The notes beneath the pieces were generated by a model. That model searched no databases, had not been told where the DNA came from, and saw only the letters and a list, made by a program, of their open reading frames with translations. Made by a program: the position numbers and the translations under genes. Shown piece by piece: positions 1 to 8,890 of a stretch of 22,509 bases of DNA (positions within the stretch are counted from its first letter, which is position 1; each line of letters begins with the position of its first letter). The stretch is taken from NCBI GenBank assembly GCA_938084645.1, contig CALKEP010000032.1, forward strand, positions 1 to 22,509, read 5' to 3'. Origin of the DNA: an uncultured Phycisphaerales bacterium. Its GTDB lineage: Bacteria > Planctomycetota > Phycisphaerae > Phycisphaerales > SM1A02.

Positions 1-57
1 CTCGCCTCGGTTGGGGGCGATTCCGGAGGATTCGATCGTCTGGACGCTGGACGGCAT
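1..57 (-). CDS. possible 5' end of a gene running off the window start (MPSSVQTIESSGIAPNRGE...)
   Basis: ATG at 57-55 on the minus strand with a weak GGGA upstream; frame is open to position 1; too short to identify. Confidence 0.3.
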   Translation of the reverse strand, partial: MPSSVQTIESSGIAPNRGE

Positions 58-383
58 GCTGGCATTCCCGAGGGGGTCTGAAACGACGAGATCTTTCGCT
101 CGAACGACGCGGATGGACTCCTCGAAAAGAGGACTCCGCGGTGGTACATCGGCCACTCGGAGGGCGAACCCGCACTGTTCTCGCCAATTCCGGGCCTATT
201 CCCGGGCGTCCCGGGACCACCCGCAGAACCGAGCAATCCGACGATCCGCTTGGGCCTTCCGGGGCGCAGATTCTGCGCTTGCAGCAGCCCGGCCACGCCA
301 TGCGGTCAGACCTTCCGGGCATGCGACCGGGCTCAAGCCCCGTGGCGAACCGACCCGATCGACCTCTGGCCGCCCGCCTCGCC

Positions 384-1637
384 TCACTTCACCTGAGACA
401 TCGGGATCGGGGTCCGATTCCGGGCGGAAAGCAGCGCCGCCTCCAGAACCCGCTGCGTCTCGTAGGCGTCGGCGAAATCGGGCATGGGCACCTCGGGCTC
501 GCCCCCGGCGAGCATCCGATCGATGTCCGCCACCTGCGAAACGAATCCGTGCTCGTAGCCCAGTCCGTGCGCCGCGGGCCAGTAGGCATGGACATAAGGA
601 TGGGCGTCCGCATCCGTGCACATGATCCGACTCCAGCCCCGAAGGCCCGACTCGAGGGTGTGATCCCACCACTGCAGCTCGTTCATCCGCTCGAAGTCGA
701 ACTTGAAGCTCCCCAGTTCTCCGTTGATCTCGATGGTGTTGCGGTTCAGATTGCCGGTGGCGACGCGAGTGGCCTCGAACGAACCGATCGCCCCGCCCTT
801 GAAACGAGCGAGGAAGAGCACCGCGTCGTCCACCGTCGATCGGCCGGTCCGTCGCTTTCCACCCTTCGCGGAGCCGCCGCCCTTGATCGTCGCCCGGGCC
901 TCGTCGACGATCTCCCGCCGCTTCACGAAGGTCTCCTCGACCGAACCGACCACCTCGGAGACTTCGTCCCCGGTGAGGAATCGGGCGAGATCGATGATGT
1001 GGGCGTTGAGATCGCCGTGAGCGCCCGAACCCGCCTTCTTCGCATCGAACCGCCAGGCCATCGGGGTGTCAGGATGCCCCCAGTCCTGCAGGTAGGACGC
1101 CCGGACGTGGAAGATGCGGCCGATGCGTCCGGACTGGACCAGTCGATGGGCGTACGCCAGCGCCGGCACCCGACGGTAGTTGAACCAGACGAAACTACGA
1201 AGATCGCGACGCGCGGCCTTCTTCGCGGCGTCACGCATCGCCCGGGCCTCGTCGAGGGTTCCCGCCAGCGGCTTCTCGCAGGCGACGTGCTTGCCGGCCT
1301 CGAACGCCGCGATCGACATCTCCGCGTGAAGGTGGTTCGGCGTGCAGACGTCGACCAGATCGATGTCGTCGCTTCCGACGAGCGAACGCCAGTCCGCGGT
1401 GCTCGAGTTCCAGCCCCACTGCGCGGCGAACTCACTGGACTGGCCTTCGCGGGTTCCACTCGCAGCCTGCATCACGAGGGGTCGAGGCAGATCGAAGAAC
1501 GTGCCTGCCGAACGCCACGCGTTGGCGTGCGCCCTTCCCATGAAGCCGGTTCCCACGAGGCCCACGCGAAGATCACTTCGATCGATCTTCGGCGTCCGAC
1601 GCCGAGTGGTCCTGCTGCTCTTCTTGCGACTGGGCAT
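384..1637 (-). CDS. Gfo/Idh/MocA family NAD(P)-dependent oxidoreductase
   Basis: VGLVGTGFMG Rossmann motif, DVCTPNHLH, HVACEKP, FNYRR, GAHGDLNAHIID, TVDD; AGGAG SD upstream. Confidence 0.93.
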   Translation of the reverse strand: MPSRKKSSRTTRRRTPKIDRSDLRVGLVGTGFMGRAHANAWRSAGTFFDLPRPLVMQAASGTREGQSSEFAAQWGWNSSTADWRSLVGSDDIDLVDVCTPNHLHAEMSIAAFEAGKHVACEKPLAGTLDEARAMRDAAKKAARRDLRSFVWFNYRRVPALAYAHRLVQSGRIGRIFHVRASYLQDWGHPDTPMAWRFDAKKAGSGAHGDLNAHIIDLARFLTGDEVSEVVGSVEETFVKRREIVDEARATIKGGGSAKGGKRRTGRSTVDDAVLFLARFKGGAIGSFEATRVATGNLNRNTIEINGELGSFKFDFERMNELQWWDHTLESGLRGWSRIMCTDADAHPYVHAYWPAAHGLGYEHGFVSQVADIDRMLAGGEPEVPMPDFADAYETQRVLEAALLSARNRTPIPMSQVK

Positions 1638-1735
1638 TTCGTCGTTCCTCCTGGAAATCCGATGGGTTCGATGGTCCGAGTATCCTAATCCCCACGCGCC
1701 CGCACCACGGCGAACCGCGATCCAAGGACCATCAC

Positions 1736-3181
1736 ATGACCCACCCGCTCCCCGACCACGGCACCGATCCCGAGACCCTCGCCCGGCGGATCGACCAACT
1801 CCGCCGGGATCTCGATCTCGAACGTCGACGCCGCAGCCGACTCGAGCGCCTCACCGCGATCGCCTGCCTCTTCGTGCTGGGCGCCGGCGGCATCGCGGCC
1901 ACCGCGTTCCGACCGGTGGCGGACGTCGTCCGAACCCACCGACTCGAGATCGTGGACGATTCGAACCGGATCGTGATGCTCGCCTCCGCAGCCAAGCACG
2001 GGGGCCGGATCGACCTCTGGGACGACGCGGGCATCAACGCCGCCCGCCTCGGTGGAAACGGAACCGGTGGCGATCTCGCGCTCTGGAACCGCGACGGCAG
2101 GCAGGTGATGGCCGCCTACGCCGACGGCCCGGCCGGCCGACTCGAAGTGAATGGCCGGGGCGGCGGAATGGGCGTCTCGATCTCCTCCGACGCCCGAGGT
2201 GGCACCATCACGGTCGCGGACGGCAACGCGGAGACGGTGGGCGAGATCCGCTGCGGGCCGGAAGGTGGAGAATTCGTCGCGCTCATCGATGGCCGGGACG
2301 CAGGCGTGCTCTCCGCCCGACGTGACGGCGGACGGGTGATCCTTCAGGATGGCGAAGGCCGGGTGTCGACGCGGATGCTCGGCACGGGACGCCTCGATCT
2401 GATCCGCGGTCGACAGACCCAGGTCTCCATGCTCGCGACGTCGAACGGAGGCGGGCTCCGCCTGTCGACGGTGGACGGAAAGGCCCGCCTCACCGCGGAC
2501 GCCGCCGCGAGCGGTGGCCTCCTGCAGGCCCACGACCGAAACGACGTGCCGGTCATCGCCATGGGATCCGGCACGGGCGGCAGCGGCATCAGGATCCGAA
2601 ACGGTGACGCGGTCACCGTCGCGGCGATCGGTGTGGACGCCGAAGGCAAGGGCGCCGTCGAGATCTCCGACGAGGACGGCGATCGCTGCGGCTCGCTGAT
2701 CGTGACCGGCACCGGCGGGAGTCTCGCCCTGTCCGACGAGGAGGGGCGACCCCATGTCGAGCTCGGAGGCGACGTCGAAGGCGGGCTCGTCCGGGTCTAC
2801 GACCGGCGGCAGCAGGTGGTCGCCACGATGGAGGGACTCGGCGAAGGCGGACGTGTCGCCGTCGGCATCGAATCCAAGTCGATCGGCGCCTCGCTCGAGA
2901 CCCGCGACGACGGTCCGGCGATCCTGTCCATCTACGGACCGAGCGGCCGCGCCGTGGCCATCGCCGCGACGGCGAATGGCGGACTTCTGAATCTGCTCGA
3001 TCTCGCCGGAAACGTCGCGGTCGCCGCGGGCGCCGCGGAAGACGGTCCGGGCGGCGTGGTCGCGGTGCGGAACGAGAAGAACACCCAGGTGGTTCGCGTC
3101 GGGGTGAACGATCGTGGCGAGGGCGAGATCGAAGTCTACGACGCACCAGGAACCCGCAAGCGGAAGGTGTCGGCGCCATGA
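1736..3181 (+). CDS. hypothetical membrane-anchored protein: coiled coil, TM helix, then ~22-aa Gly-rich beta-hairpin repeats
   Basis: 481-aa ORF, AAGGA SD; hydrophobic LTAIACLFVLGAGGIAATAF; repeated GGx(I/L)x(L/V)xDxxGxxxxx(L/I) units. Confidence 0.85.
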   Translation: MTHPLPDHGTDPETLARRIDQLRRDLDLERRRRSRLERLTAIACLFVLGAGGIAATAFRPVADVVRTHRLEIVDDSNRIVMLASAAKHGGRIDLWDDAGINAARLGGNGTGGDLALWNRDGRQVMAAYADGPAGRLEVNGRGGGMGVSISSDARGGTITVADGNAETVGEIRCGPEGGEFVALIDGRDAGVLSARRDGGRVILQDGEGRVSTRMLGTGRLDLIRGRQTQVSMLATSNGGGLRLSTVDGKARLTADAAASGGLLQAHDRNDVPVIAMGSGTGGSGIRIRNGDAVTVAAIGVDAEGKGAVEISDEDGDRCGSLIVTGTGGSLALSDEEGRPHVELGGDVEGGLVRVYDRRQQVVATMEGLGEGGRVAVGIESKSIGASLETRDDGPAILSIYGPSGRAVAIAATANGGLLNLLDLAGNVAVAAGAAEDGPGGVVAVRNEKNTQVVRVGVNDRGEGEIEVYDAPGTRKRKVSAP

Positions 3182-5277
3182 ACACTCGGAGGACGACTCG
3201 GCCGATCGGACACCCAACGCCTCGAGGAACCGCATCGATGAAGACGCCCCGGATTCGACTGACCGGACTGACGACCACGCCGTTCGCCCGAACGATCCCG
3301 ATGATCGCCCTGATGCTCTGCCTGATGGCGGTCGTGACGTCGACGGTGGCGGCCACGCCACCGATGCAGACGCCTCCCGCCGACACGGAGCCGGTCACGC
3401 CGCCGCCGATTCCCGATGCACAGGCATCACCGCGGGCGGTGCTCGAGTTCCTGATGGGCGCCGATTCCTCGGTGGGTGCGGCGGCCGTCGCCGGTTGCTT
3501 CACGCAGGACGCGCTTCCACCCACCGCGGCGGTCCGAGACCGGATCGTTCGCGACCTCCGGAACGCGCTGGCCTGGCTCGGCTGGAACGACGAGACCATC
3601 GCGTCGCTTCCGACGGCGGAAGACGCGAAGATCCGGACCGTGGTGTTCCCCGCCGGCGAATCCATGCCGCCCGCGATGCGGGAACGCGGCACCGCCCTCG
3701 AAAAGCGAACCGGCGGCAAGTGGCGGGTGGAGATCGTCCGTGGCGAGGATGGCGCCTATCGGATCGCCAAGGAAGCGGTCCAGGCCTCGGAACTCGACGC
3801 GGTGACCGAAGCCATCACCGCGTACCGACGCGAGCGGGCGGGGACCGCGGAGGAGGAGACGCCCGCGACGGGGAGCATCGCGGAGTGGGTGAACCTCAAT
3901 GGCGCCGACTGGATGCTCGAACGATTCGTGTTTCTCGCGGTCTGGCAGTGGATCGGACTCGGCCTGGTCATCCTGATCGGCATCGTCGTCGACACGCTGA
4001 TCCGGTTCTTCGCGCGACGCGTTCTTCGTTCCCTGAACCGCCGGCTCGAATCCGGGCCGGACGACGAGTCGATCAGGCGTGCGAGCCGGAGCATCGGCGT
4101 CGTGGCGGCGACGCTGGTCTGGCTTCTCCTCATCAACATCCTCGAACTGCCGATCGCCGGGCTCTCCATCCTCCAGCCGGCCGCCCAGTTCGCCTTCGTA
4201 CTCGCCCTCCTGTGGGCCGGATGGCGCGGCATCGACCTGCTGGCCGAGCTCATCAGCGCGAAGGTCGCCCTCAGCGAGAACAAACTCGACGACATCCTCG
4301 TGCCCATGGTCCGGAAGACCGCGAAGGTCCTGCTGGTGATCTTCGGCCTGCTGAACGTGGCGCCGATTCTGGGCCTCAATCTCGGCCCGCTGCTCGCCGC
4401 GGTCGGAATCGGATCGTTCGGCTTCGCGTTCGCATTCAAGAACTCGCTCGAGAACCTCTTCGGAAGCGTCACGGTCATTCTCGATCGACCCTTCCACGTC
4501 GGCGACTGGGTCGTGATCGACGGCGTCGAAGGGAACGTCGAGACCGTCGGTCTCCGCTCCACCCGGGTACGGACCTTCTACAACTCGCTGGTCACGATCC
4601 CCAACGCGAACCTGATCACCGACAAGGTCGACAACTACGGCGCGCGTCGATATCGACGCTGGTCGACGAAGGTCGGAATCCTCTACGGAACCCCACCCGC
4701 CCGCGTCGACGCGTTCTGCGAGGCGATCCGGGAACTCGTCCGGGAGCATCCCTACACCCGCAAGGACTACTACCAGGTCTGGCTGAACGGCTTCGGCGCG
4801 AGTTCGCTCGAGATCCTCGTCTACGTGTTCTGGGAGGCGCCGGACTGGCAGACCGAACTGCGCGAGCGGCATCGACTGATGCTGGACATGATCCGAATCG
4901 CCGGCGAGCTGGGGATCGACTTCGCGTTTCCCACCCGGACGCTGGAGATCCGACGAGCCGAACCGCCCAACGAACCGAAGGACCCGGGCCTCGACGCGGC
5001 GGATCCCCGGATCGCGATGCGCACGGGCCGGACCGCGGTCCGCGAAGTCACCGACGGCGACGATTGGAAGTCGACGATGCCGCCGCCGTACACGTTCCTC
5101 TCCGCGAACGACACCGCGCGCCTCGACGCGATGGACGACGACAAGGCCGCGAAAGCCGAAGACCGACTCGCATCGCTCAACTCCGCCAAGGACGCGGCCC
5201 GGGCGGAAAGCGAAGCGGAGGCCGCGGACGGCGAGACGAGCGACCAGGTCGATCAACGACAGTCCGGAGGCGAGTGA
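3178..5277 (+). CDS. MscS-family mechanosensitive channel with long N-terminal periplasmic domain and acidic C-terminal tail (start could be 3178, 3238 or 3301)
   Basis: LLAAVGIGSFGFAFAFKNSLENLFGSVTVILDRPFHVGDWV, GNVETVGLRSTRVRT, VTIPN, FGASSLEI, GIDFAFPT; signal-peptide-like MIALMLCLMAVVTSTVAA. Confidence 0.93.
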   Translation: MNTRRTTRPIGHPTPRGTASMKTPRIRLTGLTTTPFARTIPMIALMLCLMAVVTSTVAATPPMQTPPADTEPVTPPPIPDAQASPRAVLEFLMGADSSVGAAAVAGCFTQDALPPTAAVRDRIVRDLRNALAWLGWNDETIASLPTAEDAKIRTVVFPAGESMPPAMRERGTALEKRTGGKWRVEIVRGEDGAYRIAKEAVQASELDAVTEAITAYRRERAGTAEEETPATGSIAEWVNLNGADWMLERFVFLAVWQWIGLGLVILIGIVVDTLIRFFARRVLRSLNRRLESGPDDESIRRASRSIGVVAATLVWLLLINILELPIAGLSILQPAAQFAFVLALLWAGWRGIDLLAELISAKVALSENKLDDILVPMVRKTAKVLLVIFGLLNVAPILGLNLGPLLAAVGIGSFGFAFAFKNSLENLFGSVTVILDRPFHVGDWVVIDGVEGNVETVGLRSTRVRTFYNSLVTIPNANLITDKVDNYGARRYRRWSTKVGILYGTPPARVDAFCEAIRELVREHPYTRKDYYQVWLNGFGASSLEILVYVFWEAPDWQTELRERHRLMLDMIRIAGELGIDFAFPTRTLEIRRAEPPNEPKDPGLDAADPRIAMRTGRTAVREVTDGDDWKSTMPPPYTFLSANDTARLDAMDDDKAAKAEDRLASLNSAKDAARAESEAEAADGETSDQVDQRQSGGE

Positions 5278-5316
5278 GCGGGCCCGCGGGCCTGCGACCG
5301 ACCACGCTCCGGGCGG

Positions 5317-5322
5317 TATCAT
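5317..5322 (+). promoter_or_regulatory. candidate -10 element TATCAT
   Basis: TAnnnT hexamer in a GC-rich intergenic region upstream of the 5384 ORF. Confidence 0.45.
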
Positions 5323-5383
5323 TCGCCACCGCGGCCGCGGAGCCGACCTCCATCCGCAAGAGCCCGCCAAGGAATCGAATCAC

Positions 5384-5800
5384 GTGACCAGCCAGACCTT
5401 CCCCGAAACCGCCGAATTCAAGCTCCTGCACCTCGACGCGGGCGTCGGGACCTTCGCGGTCCCGGGCACCGACTACCGCATCGCGCTCCTGGTGCCGGAG
5501 GACTTCGACGCACCGACCGGACGCCGGATCCGTGGGCGGGTCCGAGGCCGCGCCCTGCGCATGCACCGGACCTCGGCGGGCGGCAACTTCATCGAGCCGC
5601 TCGAAGGACGTCCACGCATCGTGCAGGGAACCGTGCTCGCGATCGACCCCGCCGCGGACGAGGTCATCCTCGATCTCGTGGTGCCGTTCAGGATCTCGAT
5701 GGCCGAGGGCCAGACCGCGGCGGAATTCGCGACCGGCGAGATGGTCAACTTCTACATGCACCCCGGCGCCTCCTTCACGCCGGAGCGCGACGAGTCCTGA
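5384..5800 (+). CDS. hypothetical protein, 138 aa, probably all-beta
   Basis: GTG start with AAGGA upstream, GC3-biased codons, fills the gap between mscS and trpG. Confidence 0.75.
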   Translation: MTSQTFPETAEFKLLHLDAGVGTFAVPGTDYRIALLVPEDFDAPTGRRIRGRVRGRALRMHRTSAGGNFIEPLEGRPRIVQGTVLAIDPAADEVILDLVVPFRISMAEGQTAAEFATGEMVNFYMHPGASFTPERDES

Positions 5801-5820
5801 CGCGATCGGGGCGCCCCCGC

Positions 5821-6399
5821 ATGCTCCTGCTCATCGACAACTACGATTCATTCACGTTCAACCTCGTGCAACGCTTCGGCGAGATCGACGCATCACTGCC
5901 GATCCACGTGGTGCGGAACGACCGGATCACGCCGGACGAGGCGGTGGCGCTCGACCCGAGCCATCTGGTGATCTCCCCGGGACCGTGCACCCCGAAGGAG
6001 GCAGGTGTGAGTGCGGCGATCATCGATCGACTCCAGGGGCGGATCCCGATCCTCGGCGTCTGCCTCGGTCACCAGACCATCGGTGATCTGCACGGCATGG
6101 TCGTCCGTCGGAACGAGATCCCGGTCCACGGAAAGACCTCCATGGTGCACCATGACTCCCAAGGCGTCTTTGCAGGGCTTTCCGACCCGTTTCAGGCGAC
6201 GCGGTACCACTCGCTGGTGGTGGATCGCGACACCGTCCCGTCGGGATGGAAGGTCTCGGCCTGGCTCGAGGACGGAATGGTGATGGGACTCCGGCGGTGC
6301 GGCGACGGTCCGCCGGTCGAGGGCGTGCAGTTCCATCCGGAGAGTTTTCTCACCACCGAGGGGCCGCGTCTGCTGGCGAACTTCCTCCAGCTCGGCTGA
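5821..6399 (+). CDS. trpG: anthranilate/aminodeoxychorismate synthase component II (class I glutamine amidotransferase; TrpG/PabA not distinguishable)
   Basis: MLLLIDNYDSFTFNL, ISPGPC, GVCLGHQ, TRYHSL, GVQFHPES. Confidence 0.93.
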   Translation: MLLLIDNYDSFTFNLVQRFGEIDASLPIHVVRNDRITPDEAVALDPSHLVISPGPCTPKEAGVSAAIIDRLQGRIPILGVCLGHQTIGDLHGMVVRRNEIPVHGKTSMVHHDSQGVFAGLSDPFQATRYHSLVVDRDTVPSGWKVSAWLEDGMVMGLRRCGDGPPVEGVQFHPESFLTTEGPRLLANFLQLG

Positions 6400-6416
6400 T
6401 CATCGGGAGAGCCGGT

Positions 6417-7205
6417 TCAGGCGGCGGTGCCCGCGACCCCGTCCCGCGTGACGAGAAAGAGTTCTCGCGTGATCGGATACGGGAGTCTTCGGTAGTCCTG
6501 GTCGACGCGCTTGCGAAGCCGCTCCACGAATCCCTCGGGATTCGCGGTCATCGCCACGAACATGTCGCGGGAGGGCATGGCGACGAGGAAGTCTCCATCG
6601 AGTTCCGGCGCGAGTCGTTCGTGCAGCCGGCCCAGCAGGACCCGAGCCGCGTCGTATCCATCATGTTCGCCGAGGATCGCGGCCTTGCCGCCGTCCTCGC
6701 TCTCGATCAACTGGATCTGCAGATCGGGCGAGTAGCGTTCGAGGTTGGCCCGCGCGAGTTCGTCGAGCTCGTCCATGCTGGTTCCCCAGCGGACGACCTG
6801 CTCGAGGGTGATCGAGACCGTGACCTGGGGCATGTCGACGACGAACACGATGACCGTTCCATTGACCCACGGGACGTGCGCGACCTGGGCTCGATCGAGC
6901 TGCTGGAAGATCGACTCCGGCTGGATCCGCGGCATGACCCGGGCCTTGGCCAGCTCCCATGGAATCGGGGCGGATCCGACTTCGTCGCCACTGAAGATCT
7001 TCTCGAAGTAGTCCTCGACGATCTCGGTGCCACGATCCGGGGAACCAAGCACCATGCGATACAGGTTCTGCAGACCGAGATGTCGCCCGTCGACCACGAG
7101 ATCGAACGGGCCGGTGAGCGTCGCCTCGTGACCGGGCCACTGGCGAAGCAGGATCGCGAGGACCTGTTCACCGAATGCTTCGGGTTCTCTTGGCAATACC
7201 GACAT
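6417..7205 (-). CDS. DUF1444 (YtpQ-like) family protein
   Basis: VMPRI, FVVDMP, LDELARANL, DGYDAARVL, VAMPSRD pattern; probable start MSVLP at 7205 (ORF extends to 7331). Confidence 0.75.
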   Translation of the reverse strand: MSVLPREPEAFGEQVLAILLRQWPGHEATLTGPFDLVVDGRHLGLQNLYRMVLGSPDRGTEIVEDYFEKIFSGDEVGSAPIPWELAKARVMPRIQPESIFQQLDRAQVAHVPWVNGTVIVFVVDMPQVTVSITLEQVVRWGTSMDELDELARANLERYSPDLQIQLIESEDGGKAAILGEHDGYDAARVLLGRLHERLAPELDGDFLVAMPSRDMFVAMTANPEGFVERLRKRVDQDYRRLPYPITRELFLVTRDGVAGTAA

Positions 7206-7411
7206 CGAAGGCCTCCTCGCACGGGCGGACCGGAAGAGTGGTCGCACCAGATCGTGTCCTTGTCTCGCATCGGATGAATGCGAGCCTTTCTGAGGTTCGG
7301 TACGCTCGATCGTTCGGTTTGGTTTGTCCACGTCGCCTGCATCCCGATGGCCAAGGGTTATCGGACAGCCCGCCGTGGCCCCACTTTGAGATTCACGTTC
7401 CGAGCCCCCTC

Positions 7412-8272
7412 ATGACTGAAGACATCACCACCCCCAAGGATCGACTTCACGCCTGGTGGGATCTGGGCCCCATCGTTCCAAGCCGTCCGCTGCTCGTGAT
7501 CGCAGGTCCCTGCGTGCTGGAGTCGGACGACGTGAACCTCCGGATCGCGGAGAAGATGAAGGCGGCCTGTGAGGCCGCTGGGGCGATGCTCGTGTTCAAG
7601 GCGAGCTTCGACAAGGCGAACCGCTCGAGCATCCGATCGGACCGGGGCCCGGGCCTCGAGCGAGGCCTCCGACAGCTCGAACTGGTCGGCCGCGAACTCG
7701 ACCTGCCCCTGCTCACCGACGTTCACGAGGCGGCCCAGGCGATGCCCGCCTCGGAGGTCGTCGACATTCTGCAGATCCCCGCGTTCCTGTGCCGCCAGAC
7801 GGATCTTCTCGTTGCATGCGGCATCACCCGCAGTGCGGTGTCGGTGAAGAAGGGCCAGTTCCTCGCCCCGAGCGAAATGCGAAACGTCCTCGAGAAGTTG
7901 TCGGAATCCGGCTGCCGTCGAATGATGGCCACCGAACGCGGGACGTTCTTCGGGTACCACCGACTGGTCACGGACTTCGTCGGTCTGGGCGATCTTCGGG
8001 AGATCGCGGCCGACTTCGCTGCGCCGACCTGCTTCGACGTCACGCACTCCACCCAACTCCCGGGCGGTGAAGGCGACATGAGCGGCGGAAGGCCCGATCG
8101 CGGGCCCCTGCTGGCCCGGGCGGCGGTCGCCGCCGGCATTTCCGCGGTGTTCCTCGAGACCCACCTCGATCCGGCGACGGCACGCAGCGACCGGGCCACG
8201 GTGATGCCCATCGACGTCGCGGTCGACCTGATCGGCACGCTGACCCGGATTCGAGCGGTCCTGGACGCCTGA
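7412..8272 (+). CDS. kdsA: 3-deoxy-8-phosphooctulonate (KDO8P) synthase, probably metal-dependent type
   Basis: IAGPCVLES (metal-ligand Cys), KASFDKANRSS, QIPAFLCRQTDLL, KKGQF, TERG, DVTHS, FLETH. Confidence 0.95.
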   Translation: MTEDITTPKDRLHAWWDLGPIVPSRPLLVIAGPCVLESDDVNLRIAEKMKAACEAAGAMLVFKASFDKANRSSIRSDRGPGLERGLRQLELVGRELDLPLLTDVHEAAQAMPASEVVDILQIPAFLCRQTDLLVACGITRSAVSVKKGQFLAPSEMRNVLEKLSESGCRRMMATERGTFFGYHRLVTDFVGLGDLREIAADFAAPTCFDVTHSTQLPGGEGDMSGGRPDRGPLLARAAVAAGISAVFLETHLDPATARSDRATVMPIDVAVDLIGTLTRIRAVLDA

Positions 8273-8352
8273 GGCGACTTCGCGGCCGGCCACACGAACT
8301 TTCGTCGTCCTATGGCCTTCCCACGGTCCCAGCGGCTATCGTGATCACAGGT

Positions 8353-8865
8353 ATGAACACGAAGTGCGACAAATGCGATCAGCCCGCCGAGGTCCACGAG
8401 ATCGACGTCGAGGCCGGCCGGGACGTTCACCTCTGCCGCGAGCATGCGGTCGAGGCGGGATTCCAGGTGCCGCAGTCGGCGCCCGTGACGGAATTGCTCA
8501 CCCAGTTCGCGACGATGCCGCCCCCGGGGGAGAAGCCCACGCCCCGCCGGGCCGAGCGTCCGACCGCGTGCGAACACTGCGGCGCCACCTTCGCCCGATT
8601 CCGGAAGACCGGGTTGCTCGGATGTCCCGACTGCTACGAGTCGTTCGCGAGGCAGTTGGAGGCGGTCATCGCGCGGAGCCAGAACGGCGCGAATGCACAC
8701 GTCGGCCGGGTGCCCGATCGATCCTCGGATCTGGTGGATCTCCAGGCCCTCCGTCGAAGCCTCATCGAGGAACTCGACCGAGCGGTGGCCAGCGAACAGT
8801 ACGAACGAGCCGCCGATCTTCGGGATCGGCTCAACACGCTCACCGCCGACGAGGCCCGCGGTTGA
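8353..8865 (+). CDS. mcsA: McsA-like protein arginine kinase activator (Zn fingers plus UVR domain)
   Basis: CDKC, HLCREH, CEHC, GLLGCPDCYESF, HVGRVP, AVASEQYERAADLRD; directly upstream of mcsB. Confidence 0.9.
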   Translation: MNTKCDKCDQPAEVHEIDVEAGRDVHLCREHAVEAGFQVPQSAPVTELLTQFATMPPPGEKPTPRRAERPTACEHCGATFARFRKTGLLGCPDCYESFARQLEAVIARSQNGANAHVGRVPDRSSDLVDLQALRRSLIEELDRAVASEQYERAADLRDRLNTLTADEARG

Positions 8866-8890
8866 TCGAACACCGAGAGCATTTCCGCCG

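Noticed and set aside
146..153. GCCGATGT (minus strand) resembling a sigma-28 -10 element
   Set aside because: No TAAA-like -35 at the expected spacing
141..5387. Long overlapping alternative ORFs (141-1688, 1685-3361, 3114-5387, 3427-5370) and similar ones elsewhere
   Set aside because: Arg/Pro-rich or antisense shadows typical of high-GC DNA, overlapping well-supported genes
8295..8308. CGAACTTTCGTCG resembling a Gram-positive LexA box or sigma-E -35 upstream of mcsA
   Set aside because: Right half-site mismatches GTTC and no matching ECF -10 follows
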